This document shows positions 18,886 through 27,680 of a DNA stretch of 64,000 nucleotides, piece by piece. A program made the translations under genes and the position numbers. Position 1 is the stretch's first letter, and every line of letters starts with the position of its first letter. This DNA comes from an uncultured Bacteroidales bacterium. GTDB taxonomy: Bacteria; Bacteroidota; Bacteroidia; Bacteroidales; ML635J-15. The stretch is from the NCBI GenBank assembly GCA_964448235.1, contig CAYUWD010000004.1, positions 4,878 to 68,877 of the forward strand. Direction: 5' to 3'. The notes under the pieces are model-generated. The model worked only from the letters and a program-made list of their open reading frames with translations. It did not search any database and had not been told where the DNA came from.

Positions 18886-20865
18886 TTAATTCTTTGGAAT
18901 ATCAATAATAAAAGAGGTACCTGTAGGCCCATTTTCAGCTTTATCATTTGTAACAATATCTATTTTCCCATTATGCATTTTAACAATCCCATATACAAGT
19001 GGCAATCCCAAACCAGTTCCTTTACCCATTTCTTTAGTTGTAAAGAATGGAGTAAATAATTTTTCCATATTTTCTTTAGGGATACCCACACCAGTATCAG
19101 AAATAGTAATTTTAACTTTATCTTCAGTTTCCGATAATTTAACACCTAATATACCTCCTTTAGGCATAGCTTCAATAGCATTTTTTTCAAGATTTATAAG
19201 TACCTGCATCATCTGATCCTGATCAATCATTACAAAATAATCTGAAATTTCTAATTTAAGGTCGAGACTTATCTCTTCGGGTATTATAAGAGCTTCAAAA
19301 CTATGTTTAATAAAATCTCTAATATCTGTTTTTTGCTTTTTCACATTGTTCTTTCTGGCAAAATTCAATAAACCACCCACAATTTTTTTACATCTTGCTG
19401 TTTGTTCAACAATTAATTCCAAATCTTCATACATTGGGTCATTTTTTGCTACCTCCTCTTTGAGTATATTACTATACATTGTAATAACACCCAACGGATT
19501 ATTGATTTCATGTGCAATCCCAGCCGAAAGTTGTCCCATATTTGCCAGTTTTTCTGACTGTTTTAATGCTTGTCTTGCATCTGCCAAACTTTCATTTGAC
19601 TGATTCAATTCCTGTATAGATTTATGCAATTTCTCAATTGTGTATGGTAAACACATCTCAATTTCTGCCAATCCCTGTATTATAGCAATTGCATGCTCTC
19701 TACAGGTCGCATATCCACAAGCACCACAATCTAAATAATCAGATTTATCATGTTTACCCATATTTCTCAACACAGCTAAAATTTCTTTTTCGTCAGGTTG
19801 CACAACTCTTCTATCAAGAGGCTTAAAGGATTGTGATAAATCAATATTTTTAAATTCTTCAAATTCTTTTGACCATGCTTCATGATCAAAATCTCTGAAT
19901 TTTTGTTGAACATAATCCCTAATTTTAGTACGCTTAAGATATCTGTCATTTTTTTCAGTCATACCAGGTCCCATGATGCAACCTTTACAGCATAATAATT
20001 CCATATATTTACAATTAAGCTTACCATTCTCAAATTCAGAGATTATTTCTTTAAAATTATTTTGCCCTGAAGCATTAATAATTTCTCCCTCCATTATATT
20101 ATCAGTTTTGTTTATTGTTTGCAATAAACCTCTTGACACTGCAAGAACAGACCCTTTCCCTGCCTCAGGAGAATCAAACCTCATCATTTTACTATTTTCA
20201 GGCTTTATATTATACCTAGCAAATAGCTCTCTTAATTCTTTATATGTAATTACTTCGTCAACTTCATCAGATTCTGCTTTTTTGGCAATACAAGGTCCAA
20301 TAAATACAACTTTTACATCATTACCATATTTCTTTTTAACAACTCGACTTGTAGCTACCATCGGCGAAACTATAGGAGCAAGATTTTTAACTAAATAGGG
20401 ATGATAATGTTCAACATAAAAAACAATTGATGGACAATCAGATGATAAATAACTTACCCCATTATCATTTTCAATAAGTTCTTTATATTTTGGTGCTATT
20501 AAATCTGCTCCAAATCCTACTTCGACAACTTTTGCAAATCCTAATTTCTTAATCATACCAACCAAGTATTGGTAATCAGGAATTTCTGTAAATTCTGCAG
20601 GAAAACTAGGTGCAATAATAGCAATTACTTTATTTTCGGAACTTAGTAATTTTTCTGTGGCAGAGCTGCAATCAAGGAACACTTTTGCCCCCTGACTGCA
20701 GACTCTAACACAATTACCACAGCCTATACATTTCTCATTTATTATTTCAGCTTGGCCATTAATTATTCGAATAGCTTTGACTGGACACTCTCTCACACAA
20801 GTATAGCAAACACGACACTTATCCTTTACTGTAATTACTAAACTATTTCTTTTTATATGTCCCAT
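18886..20865 (-). CDS. Sensory [FeFe]-hydrogenase-like domain fused to a histidine kinase (candidate H2-sensing kinase)
   Basis: Two ferredoxin motifs (CRVCYTCVRECP and CIGCGNCVRVC). H-cluster-like motifs SSDCPS, GPCIAKKAE and CCKGCIMGPG. A Cx2Cx4Cx16C motif (CGACGYATCREHAIAIIQGLAEIEMC). A coiled coil, the H-box AHEINNPLG, and ATPase boxes NLEKNAIEAM, DTGVGI, GTGLGL. Confidence 0.8.
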   Translation of the reverse strand: MGHIKRNSLVITVKDKCRVCYTCVRECPVKAIRIINGQAEIINEKCIGCGNCVRVCSQGAKVFLDCSSATEKLLSSENKVIAIIAPSFPAEFTEIPDYQYLVGMIKKLGFAKVVEVGFGADLIAPKYKELIENDNGVSYLSSDCPSIVFYVEHYHPYLVKNLAPIVSPMVATSRVVKKKYGNDVKVVFIGPCIAKKAESDEVDEVITYKELRELFARYNIKPENSKMMRFDSPEAGKGSVLAVSRGLLQTINKTDNIMEGEIINASGQNNFKEIISEFENGKLNCKYMELLCCKGCIMGPGMTEKNDRYLKRTKIRDYVQQKFRDFDHEAWSKEFEEFKNIDLSQSFKPLDRRVVQPDEKEILAVLRNMGKHDKSDYLDCGACGYATCREHAIAIIQGLAEIEMCLPYTIEKLHKSIQELNQSNESLADARQALKQSEKLANMGQLSAGIAHEINNPLGVITMYSNILKEEVAKNDPMYEDLELIVEQTARCKKIVGGLLNFARKNNVKKQKTDIRDFIKHSFEALIIPEEISLDLKLEISDYFVMIDQDQMMQVLINLEKNAIEAMPKGGILGVKLSETEDKVKITISDTGVGIPKENMEKLFTPFFTTKEMGKGTGLGLPLVYGIVKMHNGKIDIVTNDKAENGPTGTSFIIDIPKN

Positions 20866-20896
20866 AATTAAATGTCCAACTTAATTTCAATTATAT

Positions 20897-22621
20897 TTAT
20901 TTCAACACCTTTCTTTGACAATACTCGGTATGCAATAAATCATGACTAACATGACTTAAAGGTTCACCTAAAAACTCTTTATATAATTCAATAATTTCCG
21001 GATTTGAGTGAGATGTTTTCACTTCCTCAGTTTTATCAATATTATATAGTAATTGCATTCTTGCCTTTAGTTGTTCTTCAGTAGTCCCAATATGCTGACC
21101 ACCACCATTAATACAACCTCCAGGGCAAGCCATTATTTCTATAAAATGGATATCTTTTCGCCCTTCACGTATTTCATCTAATAAGATACTCGCATTTTTT
21201 AATCCATTAACCACAGCAATTCCAAGTTCTAAATCACCAATTTTAACTTTTGTTTCTTTACGACCTTCAAGTCCTCTGATTTCATCTATTGTATAATTCT
21301 TCAGTTCTTCACCTGTAAGTTTAAAATATGCAGTACGTATAGCTGCCTCAGTCACACCACCACTTACACCAAACAATTTTCCTGCAGAACTTCTAAAACC
21401 ATGAGGAGAATCAGCTGCTTCGGGTTCAATATTATGAACATCCACCCCCATTGTTTTAACAAACTGACTAAATTCACGTGTAGTTAATACTGCATCTACG
21501 TCAGAATATCCATTTTTAGTCATTTCTTCTCTTTGAGCTTCGAATTTTTTTGCAGTACAAGGCATAATAGAAACCGAGTAAATATTTTCCGGTTTCACAT
21601 TACTAATTTTAGCCCAATATGATTTAATAACAGATCCTAACATTTGTTGTGGAGACTTACAAGAAGAAATATGCGGAAGCATATCAGGATAAAACTCTTC
21701 TGCAAATTTTATCCATGCAGGACAACAACTTGTCATCATAGGTAAAACTCCATTATTTGTAACCCTATGGATAAGTTCGGCAGACTCTTCCATAATAGTT
21801 AAATCGGCAGAGAATGAAGTATCAAAAACATAGTCAAATCCAATTTTACGAAGAGCAGTATTCATAATTCCATTTGCATCTGTTCCTGCTTTCATATTAA
21901 ACTCTTCAGCTAAAGATACAGATATTGCAGGAGCATATTGCACAACTACTACTTTTTTAGGATCATTTAGTGCTAACTGAATCTCACCAAAGTGATTTTT
22001 CTCACTTAAAGCACCTGTAGGGCAAACAACAACACACTGTCCACAATTTACACAACTTGAAGTATTTAAACCTTTATTAAAAGCTGTACCAATGACAGAT
22101 TTACTTCCCCTATTTATAATATCAATAGCAGAAACACCCATCATTTCTTCACAAACTCTCACACATCTTTCACACAAAATACACTTATTAGGATCCCGCA
22201 CAATACTAGGGCTAGAACGATCCATGTGATAATCATTTTTTATTCCAATGATTCTTCTTTCTCTTACATTTAAGTCTTCTGCTAACTTTTGTAATTCACA
22301 ATTCCCATTTCTAGAACAATACAAACAATCATCCGGATGATTTGAAAGCAATAATTCTACAATAGTTTTTCGTGCTTCGATAACACGAGGAGAATGAGAT
22401 TTAATTTTCATCCCATCTTCAACTGGTTGTGAACACGAAGGTATAAGACGACCAGTTTTTTCATTTTCCACAACACAGATTCGACATGCTCCCGTTGGAA
22501 AAGAATCCTTTAAATGACAAAGCGTTGGGACTTTTATCCCATTCCTTGTTAATGCGTCAAGAACAGTTTCACCTTTAACTGCTTCAACCTTTTTATTATT
22601 TATTTCAATGTAAATACTCAT
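20897..22621 (-). CDS. hydA: [FeFe]-hydrogenase catalytic subunit HydA (multi-FeS, NuoG-like N-terminus)
   Basis: Canonical H-cluster motifs TSCCPAW, MPCTAKKFE and EIMACPGGCINGGG. N-terminal 2Fe-2S and 4Fe-4S Cys motifs. The ATG at 22621 (MSIYIEINNKKV) is preferred over the TTG at 22630 used by the track. Confidence 0.9.
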   Translation of the reverse strand: MSIYIEINNKKVEAVKGETVLDALTRNGIKVPTLCHLKDSFPTGACRICVVENEKTGRLIPSCSQPVEDGMKIKSHSPRVIEARKTIVELLLSNHPDDCLYCSRNGNCELQKLAEDLNVRERRIIGIKNDYHMDRSSPSIVRDPNKCILCERCVRVCEEMMGVSAIDIINRGSKSVIGTAFNKGLNTSSCVNCGQCVVVCPTGALSEKNHFGEIQLALNDPKKVVVVQYAPAISVSLAEEFNMKAGTDANGIMNTALRKIGFDYVFDTSFSADLTIMEESAELIHRVTNNGVLPMMTSCCPAWIKFAEEFYPDMLPHISSCKSPQQMLGSVIKSYWAKISNVKPENIYSVSIMPCTAKKFEAQREEMTKNGYSDVDAVLTTREFSQFVKTMGVDVHNIEPEAADSPHGFRSSAGKLFGVSGGVTEAAIRTAYFKLTGEELKNYTIDEIRGLEGRKETKVKIGDLELGIAVVNGLKNASILLDEIREGRKDIHFIEIMACPGGCINGGGQHIGTTEEQLKARMQLLYNIDKTEEVKTSHSNPEIIELYKEFLGEPLSHVSHDLLHTEYCQRKVLK

Positions 22622-22638
22622 GATAATCAAATTAAATA

Positions 22639-24588
22639 TTAGACAATTTCAATTGCATTAAATTTACAAGCCTCAGCGCAAGTCCCACATCCGATACACT
22701 TATCTTCAACAATAAAATGAGGAGTTTTCTTTGCACCAATAATTGCACCTGTTGGACATTTCTTCGCACAAACAGTACAGCCTGTACATGCATCCACATT
22801 AATTTTAAATACTCTCAAATTAGTACAAACACCAGCAGGACATTTTTTATCATATATATGCGCATCATACTCATCTTTAAAATATCGCAAAGTACTCAAT
22901 ACAGGATTTGGAGCTGACTGTCCTAATCCACAAAGAGATGTTTCTTTTATTACTTTTGCTAATTTTTCTAGCTGTATTACACTTTTAAATCTATCTAAAG
23001 CTTCGTTTCCTTTTGGATTTGTAGGTTTAGATGTAATACTTTCAAGAATTTCAAGCATTCTTTTTGTTCCTTCACGACAAGGTATGCATTTACCACAAGA
23101 TTCTCTTTGTATAAAATCCATAAAGAACTTAGCAACATCAACCATACATGTATCTTCATCCATTACAACCATGCCACCAGATCCCATCATAGCTCCCACT
23201 TCTAATAATGAATCATAATCTATAGGAATATCTAAGTTTTGTTTAGTAATACACCCTCCTGATGGTCCACCAATTTGTACTGCTTTAAATTCTTTACCAT
23301 TTGGAATTCCTCCGGCAATATCAAAAAGGACTTCACGAATTTTGGTTCCAATAGGAATTTCAACTAATCCAGTCAAACTTATTTTTCCAGACAAAGCAAA
23401 TACTTTTGTCCCTTTGCTTTTTTCTGTACCAATAGTTATAAATTCATCTTTCCCCATTTCCATAATACCAGGGATATTTGATAATGTTTCTACATTATTT
23501 ATCACAGTTGGTTTTCCAAAAAGGCCACTTGTTGTTGGAAATGGAGGTCGAGGTCTTGGCATTCCTCTTTTACCCTCAATACTATGAATAAGAGCTGTTT
23601 CTTCTCCACAAACAAAAGCCCCTGCACCCATTTTAACTTTAATATTAAAATCAATACCAGTATTAAAAATATTCTCACCCAACAAACCATACTCTTCAGC
23701 TTGTTTTATAGCAATTTTTAATCTATCAATTGCCAAAGGATATTCGGCTCGAATATATACATATGCCTTGGTTGCTTCGATAGCATATGCTGCAATTACC
23801 ATTCCTTCAATTAACCTATGAGGGTCTCCTTCAATAACAGCTCTATCCATAAACGCTCCAGGATCACCTTCGTCAGCATTACAAATTAAATATTTTTGAT
23901 CACTTTTTTCTTTATTTGCAAATTTCCATTTCATTCCTGTCGGAAAACCTCCACCACCACGACCACGTAAACCAGAATCTAAAATAATCTGACAAACTTC
24001 TTCACTTTTATAATTCCCAATAACTTTAATGATATTTTTATAGCCTCCCCTTGCAATATACTCATTAATACTAACCGGATCAACAACTCCACAATTCTTA
24101 AGAACAATTCTTTTTTGCTTCACAAAAAATGGATGTTCATTAATATCTCTTATCCCTTCCCATTCTTTACTATTTTGATTCTTAAATTGACCTAAAATAT
24201 CTTTTTCAGGTAATTTAAAATTAAATACATCATCTAATAAAGTATCAACTTTATCTTCTGTAACATGTTCAAAAGAAATTCTGTTATAACCAGGCAATTG
24301 CACATCTAATATTGGTTCTGATGAACATAAACCAATACAGCCTGTCTTTATAATTCGCCCATTAATGTTGTGATCTTTTAGATATGTTTCAACTTTCTCA
24401 AATGTTTTACCAGCCCCTGCTCCTAAACCGCAAGTACCTGTTCCAACATATAAAATAGGTTCATCTGTTAATACATTTTTATAACGAGATATTTTATCAA
24501 TCAATTGATCATCTTTTGAATTTGATGAATAATCTCTCAAAACCTCATCTACAAAAAATTCCTTTTCTATATTTGTACTTTTTTCCAT
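22639..24588 (-). CDS. hydB: NuoF-like flavoprotein subunit HydB of the hydrogenase
   Basis: FMN/NADH site GRGGGGFPTGMKW, N3 cluster ESCGKCIPCREG, N-terminal thioredoxin-like 2Fe-2S region, and a C-terminal 2x[4Fe-4S] region (CTGCTVCAKKCP and CIGCGTCAEAC). Confidence 0.9.
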   Translation of the reverse strand: MEKSTNIEKEFFVDEVLRDYSSNSKDDQLIDKISRYKNVLTDEPILYVGTGTCGLGAGAGKTFEKVETYLKDHNINGRIIKTGCIGLCSSEPILDVQLPGYNRISFEHVTEDKVDTLLDDVFNFKLPEKDILGQFKNQNSKEWEGIRDINEHPFFVKQKRIVLKNCGVVDPVSINEYIARGGYKNIIKVIGNYKSEEVCQIILDSGLRGRGGGGFPTGMKWKFANKEKSDQKYLICNADEGDPGAFMDRAVIEGDPHRLIEGMVIAAYAIEATKAYVYIRAEYPLAIDRLKIAIKQAEEYGLLGENIFNTGIDFNIKVKMGAGAFVCGEETALIHSIEGKRGMPRPRPPFPTTSGLFGKPTVINNVETLSNIPGIMEMGKDEFITIGTEKSKGTKVFALSGKISLTGLVEIPIGTKIREVLFDIAGGIPNGKEFKAVQIGGPSGGCITKQNLDIPIDYDSLLEVGAMMGSGGMVVMDEDTCMVDVAKFFMDFIQRESCGKCIPCREGTKRMLEILESITSKPTNPKGNEALDRFKSVIQLEKLAKVIKETSLCGLGQSAPNPVLSTLRYFKDEYDAHIYDKKCPAGVCTNLRVFKINVDACTGCTVCAKKCPTGAIIGAKKTPHFIVEDKCIGCGTCAEACKFNAIEIV

Positions 24589-24590
24589 AA

Positions 24591-25055
24591 TTAATCGGCT
24601 TTATTTCTATAGTTTTCTACAATACCCTTAATTGATTCCTTTGTTACTTTAGCATGAAAGTTCCCATTTACACATATTACAGGAGCCAACCCGCATGCTC
24701 CAATACAAGCTACAACTTCTATACTAAACATCTTGTCTTTTGTTGTATCTCCAGCTTTTATTTCCAATATTTTCTCCAACTCCTCCAACACTGTTGCAGA
24801 CCCTAAAACATGACATGCTGTTCCTCTACAAACCTGTATGTGATATTTACCCTGAGGCTTAAATCTAAATTGATTGTAGAAGGTTGCTACTCCATAAATT
24901 TTACTTGTGGGCATATTTAAATATTCGCCTACTTCTACAATCAATTCCTCTGATAAATACCCATTAGCTTCTTGCACATCCTGTAAAATTGGAATCAGAT
25001 TATCCTGACTAGCTGTTGGATACTTTGAAAAAACATCTTTTACTTTTGCTTCCAT
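24591..25055 (-). CDS. hydC: NuoE-like [2Fe-2S] subunit HydC of the hydrogenase
   Basis: CRGTACHVLG...CIGACGLAPV pattern and a size of 154 aa. Confidence 0.9.
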   Translation of the reverse strand: MEAKVKDVFSKYPTASQDNLIPILQDVQEANGYLSEELIVEVGEYLNMPTSKIYGVATFYNQFRFKPQGKYHIQVCRGTACHVLGSATVLEELEKILEIKAGDTTKDKMFSIEVVACIGACGLAPVICVNGNFHAKVTKESIKGIVENYRNKAD

Positions 25056-25076
25056 AATTATTATTTATTTTTTTAT

Positions 25077-25107
25077 AAGTAAGTAGCAGATAAACTGCTA
25101 CTTACTT
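25077..25107 (-). promoter_or_regulatory. 13-bp perfect hairpin between the leading receiver gene and hydC
   Basis: aagtaagtagcag (25077-25089) / ctgctacttactt (25095-25107) with a 5-nt loop. On the transcribed minus strand no U-run follows, so it is not a canonical terminator. Confidence 0.45.
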
Positions 25108-25114
25108 AATAATA

Positions 25115-25612
25115 TTATTTTAATAACCTTTTAACTTCTGGTAATAGCTTATCAGCACTTGTAGGTTTTGCTAAGAAACCACCTACAGGAAATAATATTG
25201 ATTTACCATCTTGAGTTCTATAATCAATTGCTGCTGTCCCATCTGTAATGTTTTTCACAAGTAGTACTTGTAAATCTTTATAATTCGGATCTTTTCTAAA
25301 CTCTCTTGCCATATCCACCACTGATGCTTTTGTTGTAGTTAATACATCTATAGAAGTTTGCATTAAAAATGGAATATCCTTTAAATCAGGATTGTTATAC
25401 ATTTCATTTGCAAGTTCAAATCCCTCATAATGAGTAGTCATCATTACATCCAAAATAGCTAGATTTGGCTTTTCGTTTCTTAATAATTCAATACCTTCTT
25501 CTTTACTTGATGCTGAAATCACTTCGTAGCCCTCTTTTGTTAAGATAGCATTAACAACGTTTATTACATCAATGTCGTCGTCTACGATTAAAATTTTCTT
25601 TGTTGTTTCCAT
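25115..25612 (-). CDS. Stand-alone receiver protein with an atypically long beta4-beta5 region
   Basis: ILIVDDDIDVINV...LAILDVMM...LMQTS...FLAKP. About 60 residues separate the conserved Ser/Thr position from the Lys-Pro, far more than in ordinary receivers. There is no output domain. Confidence 0.75.
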   Translation of the reverse strand: METTKKILIVDDDIDVINVVNAILTKEGYEVISASSKEEGIELLRNEKPNLAILDVMMTTHYEGFELANEMYNNPDLKDIPFLMQTSIDVLTTTKASVVDMAREFRKDPNYKDLQVLLVKNITDGTAAIDYRTQDGKSILFPVGGFLAKPTSADKLLPEVKRLLK

Positions 25613-26118
25613 AACTCATAATTTTTTATTGTTAGTAATTGTGTTTAATAATCTTTTAAAGAACCTTGATATTGTAAAGGTAATTCAACACAACAATTAA
25701 AAACAGGTAGGGTTTTCCCTTTTTAATACGATAAAATCAAGAAGGAATACTCACAAAAACCAGTAAAAAAAGGAAGGGTTTTAATAGTAAAATATTACTA
25801 TACAAAAACACAAACAAATCATAACAACCTAGGATAGTGACTTTTAAGAAATAAATAAACAAATATTATATTACATATTATTTTACCGTTATTTAATTAA
25901 CAGTAGATTCCTAAAAATTATCAAAAAAGAAAATTTATGCTTTTTTAAACTTGAATTAATTATATCTATTTCTTCCAGACAAACGCTTTTAGCTTTGAAA
26001 TAAATTCGGAATTTACTCTTTGTGTAGTAAATGCTATTGTCTATTTTGCAACTCAAAATATTTAATAAAATATCTATTTATCAATAATTATTGTACAGTA
26101 TTACCCACTAAACCAATT

Positions 26119-26838
26119 CTAGATATCATAAAACTTACAATTTTCATACTTACATTCCTTATTATCTAAATTAAAATTGCATACAAAATCACGCATTAGT
26201 ATAGTAGTGTTTAGATATTTTTTCATGAAGTTAACAGCAGTTTCAATTGCAATAAAAGTATTTCTTTTACAACATCTTGGTCCACCTGCATTTGCAATAT
26301 TATTAAGTGTTTCTGAAGTAATTTTATTTGCTAAAGAATATTCTTTTTCAGAAACAGGTGTAGCATTTAAAATGATACTCATAAAAATCCCATTTCCTAT
26401 TCCTGCTCCACAAGCTCCATAAAACCCACAAAAACCTCCTAAAACATTTGCTGCCCTCTTTCTGGCTTTTTTTAAAGCTCCTTTTAGTTTTTCTGATTGT
26501 CCATTTAGAGAATAAATAGTTGTCAACAATACCGCAGGCACAAGAAAATGATGCTCTGGGCCATGCATATTAATTGATTTATGCCTTAATATTTGTGAAA
26601 TAATTTCGAAAGGAGATTCCAATTTAGTATTTAAACAAAATTGTTCGATAAAATCATATGCATTCATTTGATGACATTGATCACAGATAAAATGACCATT
26701 CACACAATTAGCATTAGAATCATACTTATTACCACAAACACTACAAATCATTTCGTTAGAATTTGTATAATACTTTAAATCCTCACCACATATTAAACAA
26801 CCAAAGTTTGACATACTTTTTATTGTAAAATTATTCAA
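26119..26838 (-). CDS. Cys-rich protein: N-terminal zinc-ribbon-like CxxC pairs plus a GCAxxG-type motif
   Basis: CLICGEDL...CSVCGNKY...CVNGHFICDQCHQ, then GGFCGFYGACGAGIGNG and further Cys residues (GPRCC, C..N.DNKEC.YENC). No radical-SAM CxxxCxxC motif. Confidence 0.5.
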   Translation of the reverse strand: MNNFTIKSMSNFGCLICGEDLKYYTNSNEMICSVCGNKYDSNANCVNGHFICDQCHQMNAYDFIEQFCLNTKLESPFEIISQILRHKSINMHGPEHHFLVPAVLLTTIYSLNGQSEKLKGALKKARKRAANVLGGFCGFYGACGAGIGNGIFMSIILNATPVSEKEYSLANKITSETLNNIANAGGPRCCKRNTFIAIETAVNFMKKYLNTTILMRDFVCNFNLDNKECKYENCKFYDI

Positions 26839-26883
26839 TTTATTAAATGAGATTTATTTATTTATCCAATTTTATACAAAATA

Positions 26884-27582
26884 CTATTCTTTTATTAACC
26901 TTACTTCTGTTCTACGATTTTTTGCTTTCCCTTCTGGAGTAGTATTATCTGTAACTGGTTGTGTTTCACCATAACCCTTTGCTTGAATTCTAGTTGATTT
27001 TATTCCTTTTTTTATCAAATAATTTCTTACCGTTTCTGCTCTTCTTTGAGACAAATCAAGATTATCTTCATCTGAACCAACATTATCTGTATGACCAGAT
27101 ATTTCGACAATTGTAGTTTTCTTTAAACTCAAATATTCAAATAACTCATCAAGTTCCTTATAGGATTCTTGTTTAAGGCTAGCTTTTCCTGTATCAAAAT
27201 ACACATTATCCAAAGTAAAAAGTTTAGGCATCTCTATTTGTATATCAATATTAAAAGATAAGCCGATTTGATTTGGTTTTAAGGCAGGTATCTCAAATTC
27301 AGTATAGTATTTTTCCTCATTAAATCCTTTAATTTTAATAACATAGTTTTGATTATATGGTAATTCAACAGAAAATTCACCATTATCATTACTAACTGCC
27401 ATAAAAATTTTCTTCGAATTAGAATTCTCAAAGATTATTGTTTCTCCTATTTTAATATTATTATTAAAATCTGTAACCTTACCATCAATACGTGCTTTTG
27501 TATTAGAATTATTATCCTGAGCATAATTATTTATTATCCCCAATACCATAATAAATCCAATAATAGAGAAAAAGAATTTCAT
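26884..27582 (-). CDS. OmpA-family protein with an N-terminal carboxypeptidase-regulatory-like domain
   Basis: Signal peptide. OmpA C-terminal motif ISGHTDNVGSDEDNLDLSQRRAETV...GYGETQPV...NRRTEV. Confidence 0.85.
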   Translation of the reverse strand: MKFFFSIIGFIMVLGIINNYAQDNNSNTKARIDGKVTDFNNNIKIGETIIFENSNSKKIFMAVSNDNGEFSVELPYNQNYVIKIKGFNEEKYYTEFEIPALKPNQIGLSFNIDIQIEMPKLFTLDNVYFDTGKASLKQESYKELDELFEYLSLKKTTIVEISGHTDNVGSDEDNLDLSQRRAETVRNYLIKKGIKSTRIQAKGYGETQPVTDNTTPEGKAKNRRTEVRLIKE

Positions 27583-27680
27583 GGGTTTACATTTTAAATT
27601 TGTATTTTTCTTAAATCACTTTTCTTGTACCAAGATCATTAATTTATTAAACGAAACCAAAAAGAAATAGTTATGTTTAA

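Noticed and set aside
26119-26838. Could this Cys-rich protein be the missing HydE maturase?
   Set aside because: It has no CxxxCxxC radical-SAM motif and is far too short. Its Cys pattern is zinc-ribbon/GCAxxG-like.
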